This document shows, piece by piece, positions 57,588 to 64,000 of a stretch of 64,000 bases of DNA (position 1 is the stretch's first letter; every line of letters starts with the position of its first letter). Location: positions 11,297 through 75,296 of IMG/VR virus record IMGVR_UViG_3300018914_000064; one strand, 5' to 3'. The DNA is from a virus. Taxonomy: Duplodnaviria; Heunggongvirae; Uroviricota; Caudoviricetes. The position numbers and the translations under genes were made by a program. Below the pieces are notes generated by a model. It worked only from the letters and a program-made list of their open reading frames with translations. It did not search any database and was not told the DNA's origin.

Positions 57588-58205
57588 ATGCACGAGAACT
57601 TATCTGATACAGAGATTATCCGAAGAGTCGCACTAAAAATTCTCGCAGAACACCATGAGGGAGTGCGCTCCACTACATTAAAAATGTACACAGAACAACA
57701 ACTGGGCAAATACATTCCTCCTGATACGCATAAATCGAGGGGCAAGTTCAGATCTGCTATCTGGAACTTGGATGAAAAGTACCCTGATTATGTGAGGAAA
57801 GAATCTCCTCGACCAAAGCTTACAATTTTTTATCCAACAGACAAGCTAAAAAAAGAATGGGATGCTATTGAAATCCCTGACCTTGAAGAACTTAAACAAG
57901 AGGAGATGGTGAGAAAGCAAAAGACAAGCGAAATGTTATCGCAATACATTTACTATCACACCATCGTTGCAAAAGAGCCAATTTCTGATTACATTACTAA
58001 ACCCAATATCATGGAAATAATTTCTGAAACAATGAATACTCTTCATGACTGGTTGGGGACGAGTGGTATATATGAATTGATTAAAGAAGCAATCGAACAG
58101 CGAGATTCTTTAAGTGATGACGAAGTTGAGGCATTATTTCGATTGCGTTTCTGTTTAGACTTGATAACTAAATACAGAAAAGAACTTTTACACAAGAAAA
58201 TTTAA
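57588..58205 (+). CDS. Hypothetical protein (205 aa) with a possible N-terminal winged-helix.
   Basis: TEIIRRVALKILAEHHEGVRSTTLKMYTEQQLGK resembles a wH/HTH segment. The rest is unrecognised. Confidence 0.45.
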   Translation: MHENLSDTEIIRRVALKILAEHHEGVRSTTLKMYTEQQLGKYIPPDTHKSRGKFRSAIWNLDEKYPDYVRKESPRPKLTIFYPTDKLKKEWDAIEIPDLEELKQEEMVRKQKTSEMLSQYIYYHTIVAKEPISDYITKPNIMEIISETMNTLHDWLGTSGIYELIKEAIEQRDSLSDDEVEALFRLRFCLDLITKYRKELLHKKI

Positions 58206-58279
58206 AGGTGGTGAGGGAGATGTAGTGAACTGAGGGGAGATGGGAAGCCGTGCTTACTAAAAATTATGGGGGAATGTTC

Positions 58280-58555
58280 ATGAGTCCAGAAGTCAAGAAT
58301 GTGTACCTTTGCATCTTTAATTTGTCGGGAGATTCGGGAGAATCCGAAGTTACTGACGACGAATCCTACGCCAAGACTATTGATCCAGATTATTCACTTG
58401 CTTCTAAGCTAGATCTCATTGAGCACTGGCGAGACACTGGTGAAGTGTTCTCTGGCATTCTAAATACATATGATGGTTTGGTTCGATGGGTGGAGAATGA
58501 AGACCCTGAATTGGCGGGCTACCAATTAATAAAAGAAATGAGACTCGTTGGATAA
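58280..58555 (+). CDS. Hypothetical acidic protein.
   Basis: RBS GGGGG 7 nt before ATG 58280. Confidence 0.45.
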   Translation: MSPEVKNVYLCIFNLSGDSGESEVTDDESYAKTIDPDYSLASKLDLIEHWRDTGEVFSGILNTYDGLVRWVENEDPELAGYQLIKEMRLVG

Positions 58556-58730
58556 CGAATCTCCAAATGAGAAGATATAAAAGAAGGTAATGACAAACTA
58601 GAATCAGATAGGTAAGATTAGCGGTCTTGCCTATCTGACACTCATTATAGTAGTTGTAGACTCTTCGAGTCAAATGCAAAGTTTACAACTGTAAATGGTT
58701 AAAAAGAGTCGTTAACAGTCATATATTAAA

Positions 58731-58769
58731 TAAAAATAACTTGTATAAATTTCATTGGCATGCTATTCT
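58731..58769 (+). promoter_or_regulatory. Phage promoter-like element: A-tract, TTGTAT, 17 nt, TATTCT.
   Basis: TAAAAATAACTTGTATAAATT motif. Precedes gene 58792. Confidence 0.4.
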
Positions 58770-58791
58770 TTAAATAGAAGGGAGGGAGTAA

Positions 58792-58986
58792 ATGGATCGG
58801 TTTCAATATAAAGAACATAAACTAGTTGGCAAATGTAAGACATGTGAAAACGACATATTTAAAGATGAATTGGTCTACCAACATGATGGGAATTTGTTTT
58901 GTGAAGAATCATGCAAGAATACATATTGCGATGCGGAACTTGGGATTACATATGGAGTCGTTAATGAAAACGGGGAAGTTGTGTAG
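58792..58986 (+). CDS. Small Zn-ribbon protein (64 aa).
   Basis: CKTCEN ... CEESCKNTYC. Confidence 0.45.
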   Translation: MDRFQYKEHKLVGKCKTCENDIFKDELVYQHDGNLFCEESCKNTYCDAELGITYGVVNENGEVV

Positions 58987-58994
58987 AAAGGAAG

Positions 58995-59417
58995 ATGTTA
59001 TTGCAGCGTAAAGACTGGGATGAATACTACTTAACCCTATGTGATCATGTTGCTGACAGAGCGACTTGTAATCGCTTGAAAGTCGGCTGCGTCATTGTGA
59101 ACTCAAATCGTATTGTCTCTACGGGATATAATGGTTCAATCCACGGACATGATCATTGTATAGATGTAGGATGCTTGCTTAATGAACAAGGTAGATGCAT
59201 TAAAACAATTCATGCGGAGGTCAATGCAGTCTTGCATGCTAGAAGAGATGAGCTTCTTGGGGCAACAGTGTATATCACGCATGAGCCGTGCGAAAATTGC
59301 ACAAAGATTCTAGCTCAAGTTGGCGTTAAGCGTGTAGTTTTCAAAAATCCATATCAGAACAAATATAATCATCACTTCAATAAAGACATGGAATGGATTG
59401 AATATAAAATAAAATGA
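58995..59417 (+). CDS. dCMP deaminase (ComEB-like).
   Basis: WDEYYL N-terminus. HAEVNA ... PCENC zinc motif. Confidence 0.7.
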   Translation: MLLQRKDWDEYYLTLCDHVADRATCNRLKVGCVIVNSNRIVSTGYNGSIHGHDHCIDVGCLLNEQGRCIKTIHAEVNAVLHARRDELLGATVYITHEPCENCTKILAQVGVKRVVFKNPYQNKYNHHFNKDMEWIEYKIK

Positions 59418-59443
59418 TTATTAAAAGCAGAAAGGAGAATTGT

Positions 59444-59686
59444 ATGGGCAAACCACTCACAATGAACCAGTTTAATGAAATTGTTGAGCGTATCAAGCAT
59501 AAGCATTCATTCGGCAGACAAGGACATACAAAGTGGATCAAATACATACGACCTACGTTTGATATGCGGGATAACACATGCTTCAACATTACATTCGACC
59601 ATGTAGGGAAGGGAACGAACTTTAACCACACTGACGAAAAAGATATGTATGAAGCAATAATTGATTGGTTGGAGGAGGGAAATTAA
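59444..59686 (+). CDS. Hypothetical protein.
   Basis: RBS AAAGGAGAA before ATG 59444. Confidence 0.45.
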   Translation: MGKPLTMNQFNEIVERIKHKHSFGRQGHTKWIKYIRPTFDMRDNTCFNITFDHVGKGTNFNHTDEKDMYEAIIDWLEEGN

Positions 59687-59977
59687 GTGGAGATTGTAGG
59701 AAGACCTTATGTGTTCGGAGATCCAGAACAGACAAAATGGATTCAAGAACAATACAAGAAAGAAGATTTACAAAACAACATCATTTCGGGATTGCAAAAA
59801 GCTGTTGACTCAATTGACGAATATGTACACGAATTTACCTCAACAGAAGAGCTGAGAAACACAATTAAACAAGCAATTGACGCTTTGAAATACATTTCAG
59901 GAACTGTTTATAATGATGAACTTGAAATGGAGAAGATTGTAAATGACCGCATAGAAATTGTCTGGATGGAATCCTAA
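59687..59977 (+). CDS. Hypothetical protein.
   Basis: GTG start after GGAGGAGGG. Confidence 0.4.
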   Translation: MEIVGRPYVFGDPEQTKWIQEQYKKEDLQNNIISGLQKAVDSIDEYVHEFTSTEELRNTIKQAIDALKYISGTVYNDELEMEKIVNDRIEIVWMES

Positions 59978-60030
59978 TCAAATATTAGATTTATCAGCTT
60001 TTAAATAAAAATAATAAGGGGGATGGTTGA

Positions 60031-60708
60031 ATGTATACTAGAGAAGAAAAACATCAAAATCGAGATAGACTTTGTTACTCTTGTGACAATTTGGTGGAAG
60101 ATAAAAATAAGTTAATTACATATAGTGTAAGCTATCGAGGATATGGAAGCATTTTTGACGGCTGCCGATTTAGTGTACAACTGTGCAGGAACTGTGATAA
60201 ACCTAAATATAAACTATGGTTTAATGAAGTTCCAGAGATGGATGATTATTGTGAGGTATATAAAAATGAGGAAAAAATCAGAGATTTTGTAAACTCTTTT
60301 ATCATTGAGAATCAAGAATATGTATGGAATGGTATGGATGGATATCACATGGATAGAGGAGATTGGATTGACATGGAAAACGGAGTCCTGCCAGAGGAAA
60401 AATATGAAGAGTATGGGATGTATTCTCCAAGTCAAGTAAATGCATATAATGAACGGTTCTCAACATGCGAACATCCAGTGCAGGCAGTTTTCAGTGATAA
60501 TTCCATAGGGTGCTATTGTCCCTATGGGGCAAGTGGATATGAAGGTCAAACAGCGAGTCCTAATATTTCTATCGAGTGTCACGGTTGTACTCATTATAAA
60601 AAACGAGAAACACCCATGAAAGAAATGGATTATGGCACATATCAGAAATATGAGAAATACATACAAGCAAAATTACATATTCAACTCTATAGGGATTTAT
60701 TTGAGTGA
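60031..60708 (+). CDS. Cys-rich hypothetical protein (225 aa).
   Basis: Multiple CxxC/CxC pairs (CYSCDN, CRNCDK, CHGCTH). RBS AAGGGGGATGG upstream. Confidence 0.5.
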   Translation: MYTREEKHQNRDRLCYSCDNLVEDKNKLITYSVSYRGYGSIFDGCRFSVQLCRNCDKPKYKLWFNEVPEMDDYCEVYKNEEKIRDFVNSFIIENQEYVWNGMDGYHMDRGDWIDMENGVLPEEKYEEYGMYSPSQVNAYNERFSTCEHPVQAVFSDNSIGCYCPYGASGYEGQTASPNISIECHGCTHYKKRETPMKEMDYGTYQKYEKYIQAKLHIQLYRDLFE

Positions 60709-60734
60709 TAAATCCCTATCAAATGGAGGATTGA

Positions 60735-60923
60735 TTGAATATGAAATTTAGTGAAATTATTAAAACGCCTGAATTTACATTAACAATGTCACTTCAAGAG
60801 GCAATTGATCTTTGGAAAATCGTAAATCATGCAGAAAAAAATGGCACCAAATCAGCAAAAAAGTTTGTTGATGTATTACATGACTTTGCCGCTAATTCAA
60901 ATTCGTATACAGAGTTTATTTAA
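60735..60923 (+). CDS. Hypothetical small protein.
   Basis: RBS ATGGAGGATTG upstream. Confidence 0.45.
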   Translation: MNMKFSEIIKTPEFTLTMSLQEAIDLWKIVNHAEKNGTKSAKKFVDVLHDFAANSNSYTEFI

Positions 60924-60958
60924 AATCTACAATTTGACTAAAAATAAATAATAAAGGA

Positions 60959-61438
60959 ATGATTGTTTTCATTTATGGCCTTGATCTTAGTTTAAGTAAT
61001 TCAGGAGTAACTATTCTTGACCCAGATACATATGAACCGTTATACATAGGAAGCATTTCAACAAAGGGCGATGGAACTAGAGGCGAAAAGCTAAAATTCA
61101 TACAAGAACGGTTTATTGAGTTAAGAGAAAAGTATCCACCTTCATTAATTGTTTTGGAAAAGGGATTTAGTAAATTCAATCGTGAAACTCACGCAATCCA
61201 GAATGTAGTCGGTGTTGTATTGTGTACACTTTGGAAGGCTGACTTCGTGGAATATATGCCAACAACAGTCAAGGCTGCGATTGTTCATGGTAAGGCTAAA
61301 AAGGAGCTTGTACGGAAAGTCATTCAAAATCGGTACCCACATATAAAATTTGAGAATACCGATGAATCCGATTCATATGCAATTGTATTGACGTGGCTCA
61401 TTAAAACTAAAAAAATCAAGTGGGAGAAGATTGGTTGA
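60959..61438 (+). CDS. RuvC-like Holliday-junction resolvase.
   Basis: IYGLDLSLSNSGVTIL N-terminal Asp. IVLEKGF (Glu). TDESDSYAI (Asp/Asp) in RuvC-fold order. Confidence 0.55.
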   Translation: MIVFIYGLDLSLSNSGVTILDPDTYEPLYIGSISTKGDGTRGEKLKFIQERFIELREKYPPSLIVLEKGFSKFNRETHAIQNVVGVVLCTLWKADFVEYMPTTVKAAIVHGKAKKELVRKVIQNRYPHIKFENTDESDSYAIVLTWLIKTKKIKWEKIG

Positions 61439-62055
61439 GAAAAAGAAAGTCGCTACCTAGTGTAGGAAAGATTTTTGACTACTGGAAAGATAAATACGAC
61501 AAAATCACATTCTATTTTGTTGATTGGGGAGAACCTAGTTGTCCCGGATGTGGAAATCAAATACATAATATCGAATTTGAAAACAAAGAAAAGTACCTGA
61601 GTTATTTGAAACAAGGTAATTTCGTCGCCTTATGGAACACTTGCAAAAGATTAGAAAGACACCACATTATACCACACTCCTTGGGAGGAACGGACGAGTT
61701 AGAAAACTTGTTCTTACTCTGTGCAGATTGTCACGCACAGGCTCCAACGGTCAAAGATTCAAGAGCATTTTTTAATTGGCTAAAAACACCGAAAAGCCAT
61801 CATTATTTCAACAAGTACATTGAAGAAGCTAAAAAGGGATGGGATTACATAAAGCAAAATTATGGGACAGCGCAACAAGAACGAATATTACAAGTTCTTT
61901 CAAAACTAAATCAAGATGCGCTGTTCGATTTTCTTGCAAGTAAGGATAATGAGTTAACGTCTCATTTTGACAAGAGAAGTGGATCAAAAGTTCCCTACAT
62001 AAGTTATATCCATATCATTGCCGAGGGGATTGTAAACGGTGAATTGACTGGTTGA
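61420..62055 (+). CDS. HNH endonuclease (about 210 aa).
   Basis: CPGCG ... LERHHIIPHSLGGTDELENLFLLCADCH HNH motif. The start is ATG 61420 or TTG 61435. Confidence 0.65.
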   Translation: MGEDWLRKRKSLPSVGKIFDYWKDKYDKITFYFVDWGEPSCPGCGNQIHNIEFENKEKYLSYLKQGNFVALWNTCKRLERHHIIPHSLGGTDELENLFLLCADCHAQAPTVKDSRAFFNWLKTPKSHHYFNKYIEEAKKGWDYIKQNYGTAQQERILQVLSKLNQDALFDFLASKDNELTSHFDKRSGSKVPYISYIHIIAEGIVNGELTG

Positions 62056-62112
62056 CAAGTTGGGCAAACGATTCGACATATACATCTAAAAAACGGTGAA
62101 GGGAGGGACTCT

Positions 62113-62295
62113 ATGTCTAGTCTTCAAATTGGAGAAGACAAATATAAAGTTACCGTTAATCATGAAGGCACAACCATTGCCGAATGCTCAAAAACTAAGA
62201 ATGGGTTTCGTATTATATTCGAATTTACTAAAAATAAGGATGAGCATGAAGAAACAATAAAAGCCATGAAAAGATTGTACAAAAGTATAATATAA
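62113..62295 (+). CDS. Hypothetical small protein.
   Basis: RBS GAAGGGAGGGA upstream. Confidence 0.45.
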   Translation: MSSLQIGEDKYKVTVNHEGTTIAECSKTKNGFRIIFEFTKNKDEHEETIKAMKRLYKSII

Positions 62296-62302
62296 AAATA
62301 AT

Positions 62303-62332
62303 GGGCACCTATTTTTGGTGTCCTTTATTTTT
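62303..62332 (+). terminator. Terminator-like hairpin before the recombinase gene.
   Basis: gggcacc / ggtgtcc stem (one G:U pair) followed by TTTATTTTT. Confidence 0.5.
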
Positions 62333-62356
62333 AACTCTTAACATTTATGCTATAAT
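62328..62356 (+). promoter_or_regulatory. Extended -10 promoter for the recombinase gene.
   Basis: TGCTATAAT at 62348-62356 with a weak -35. Confidence 0.45.
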
Positions 62357-62392
62357 GAGTACTATCATTTGCAAAGTAAACGAGGTGAAACG

Positions 62393-64000
62393 ATGAAAAA
62401 AAGGGTCTGGGCTTTGTATCGGGTCTCCACGGATAAACAAGTAACAGAAGATGACATACCTATGCAGAAGAACGCAGTCCATAACTTTATAGAGAAAAGA
62501 CCAGATTGGGAGCTATGTCAGGAATTCAGCGAACTCGGTGTGTCTGGTTTCAAAAAAAGCGTTCAAGAGCGTGATAAGTTACAAACAATTAAGAAGGGCG
62601 CAGAAGAAGGAAAATTTGACATATTGGTCGTTTGGAAAGATGACAGGCTCGGTCGGAACAAGTTTGAAATTCCTTTTATGCTAGAATTTCTTAGAAAAAA
62701 TGGAATTGAGGTCTGGTCAGTAGAAGATGGGATATTAAACGCTGATGATAAACACGAAGATAGCCTATTATCTTTTTTGAGATTTTGGGTTGCTGAAGGA
62801 GAAAGTAAAAAGACGTCAATACGAGTTACAGAAGCATTGAGACAAATGAATGAACAAGGAAAGTGGGCTGGAAGTAAAGTCCCATTTGGGTATGAATTAC
62901 ACGATACAGGTATACCTCACCCTAAGTATGAAAAAACCATAAAAGATATTAAAATTTGTGAAAATGATTCCAAATTGGTGAAGTTAATGTTTTACTTAGT
63001 GGTTGAAAAAGGGTACGGTGCCGACAGAATTACGAATTTCTTAAACGAAAGTGGGTATGTCACAAGAGAGGGGACGAAGTGGCGAAGCAATGTAGTTAGA
63101 AGGATCTTAAGAAATCCTATTTATACAGGGAGACAGCGTTATGGCATTAAAAGTAAGGAAGGAATAAAATTAAAGCCATTTCGCAGTGATCTGGTTATTA
63201 TTCCAGATGATATTTTTGATAAAGTGCAAAACATACTCGATGCGAGAAACAAAAAAAGCAATAAGAACACAGCGGTTAACATCACGTCCACTAGTTCCAA
63301 TCTATTATTTTCAGGAATAGCCAGATGTGGTTATTGTGGGTCAAAGCTCTACGCAGATTCAAGTACAAAAACAAAAGTGAGAAAGGATGGCTCAAAAAGC
63401 AGTTACACTTACTGGCGATATGTTTGCAAAGAATCATTGCACCATAGAGAAACTCACAAGAAAAGTTACTTTGGTGCTAAAAAATACGAAGCTGAAATTG
63501 AAGAAAAGGTAATAAACTTACTTAATTCCATTGCAAAGGCCAAAGAATTCCATAATATTGCCTCTGACGCTTTTGAGAATCAGTTTGAGCAGAAAAAATT
63601 TCAAATACAAACTTTAATTAAAGAAAAGCAAAATTTAGTATCTCAATTAGAGGCAGTGAAAAGTTTGATTGTAAAAATTGCAATCGGAGAAAGTAAGCTA
63701 TCTGAAGAATATGTAGTTGAGCAGATTGCAATTAAAGAAAACGAAATCAAGAAACTTGATGCATTAATTGACCAGTGTGAGAAAGAGATGAATGAATTGA
63801 AGCAAAGAAGTATTACAGTCAATTCATTAAAACAAGAGTTGATTGAGTGGGAGGAAAAATACCGCAGGGGCGACCATGATGTCAAGAAGACGATGCTGGC
63901 AAATGCGATCAGTGCAGTGTATTTTTATGATAAGGAATTTAGAGTGAAATTAAGAGTGGAGTTTGATGAAATTTTGCAGCGCATGATGACCGCTGATTAA
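62393..64000 (+). CDS. Large serine recombinase/integrase (535 aa). The stop falls on the last window base.
   Basis: RBS GAGGTG 6 nt before the ATG. N-terminal resolvase catalytic domain VWALYRVSTDKQ (Ser nucleophile). Central recombinase domain, CGYCGSKL...C zinc ribbon, then a coiled-coil. Confidence 0.85.
   Translation: MKKRVWALYRVSTDKQVTEDDIPMQKNAVHNFIEKRPDWELCQEFSELGVSGFKKSVQERDKLQTIKKGAEEGKFDILVVWKDDRLGRNKFEIPFMLEFLRKNGIEVWSVEDGILNADDKHEDSLLSFLRFWVAEGESKKTSIRVTEALRQMNEQGKWAGSKVPFGYELHDTGIPHPKYEKTIKDIKICENDSKLVKLMFYLVVEKGYGADRITNFLNESGYVTREGTKWRSNVVRRILRNPIYTGRQRYGIKSKEGIKLKPFRSDLVIIPDDIFDKVQNILDARNKKSNKNTAVNITSTSSNLLFSGIARCGYCGSKLYADSSTKTKVRKDGSKSSYTYWRYVCKESLHHRETHKKSYFGAKKYEAEIEEKVINLLNSIAKAKEFHNIASDAFENQFEQKKFQIQTLIKEKQNLVSQLEAVKSLIVKIAIGESKLSEEYVVEQIAIKENEIKKLDALIDQCEKEMNELKQRSITVNSLKQELIEWEEKYRRGDHDVKKTMLANAISAVYFYDKEFRVKLRVEFDEILQRMMTAD

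Noticed and set aside
62296-62392. An attP core next to the serine recombinase gene.
   Set aside because: The only inverted repeat there is fully explained as a terminator hairpin plus an extended -10 promoter. The recombinase is complete at the window edge, so attP more likely lies downstream of position 64000.
1-64000. CRISPR arrays, tRNA or tmRNA genes, rRNA.
   Set aside because: There are no regularly spaced direct repeats, no tRNA-like T-loop (GTTCGAATC-type) with acceptor-stem pairing, and no rRNA-like conserved stretches.

Overview
This is an AT-rich Firmicutes window (Bacillus-like RBS and promoter signals, Rap/Phr and YpsA-type genes). It has two parts.

Positions 1-16.4 kb are an accessory, plasmid-like block containing:
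- a 5'-truncated Rap gene followed by an unlisted Phr-like peptide ORF;
- a ParB/DndB-like 'DGYHR' protein translationally coupled to a 340-aa partner;
- a convergent minus-strand operon of small TM proteins, a polytopic lipoprotein with an apparent frameshift, and a soluble FtsK/SpoIIIE-family ATPase;
- an XRE-like HTH regulator;
- a TubR-TubZ (type III, tubulin-like) partition pair;
- a complete agr-like quorum-sensing cassette (membrane protein, AgrB, unlisted AgrD-like peptide, standalone LytTR protein, AgrA-like regulator, AgrC-like kinase);
- an ATP-dependent DNA ligase.

Positions 16.5-62.3 kb are a long, almost entirely plus-strand phage early/DNA-metabolism region. It carries three intact HNH endonucleases plus a frameshifted paralog, two deaminases, a YpsA-like protein, an SSB-like protein, a RecA/Sak4-like ATPase, a DnaB-like helicase, a primase, a Cas4-like nuclease, a DnaE-type polymerase, two orphan adenine methyltransferases, a MazG-like protein, a SAM decarboxylase, RNR alpha/beta plus redoxin, a Nudix-like protein, an SPFH/band-7 protein, ThyA, DHFR, RNase H and a RuvC-like resolvase. 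It ends with a large serine recombinase.

No structural or lysis genes, rRNA, tRNA or CRISPR were found. The most plausible reading is an SPbeta-like temperate phage or phage-plasmid that carries its own partition and quorum-sensing modules.

The other main observations are:
- a recurrent A-tract plus TTGTA promoter-like motif upstream of many phage transcription units;
- an antisense pair of paralogous Zn-ribbon genes with their own promoter and terminators;
- a sigmaA-type promoter after a 360-bp non-coding gap.

All family assignments rest on motifs read from the translations. None were checked against databases.
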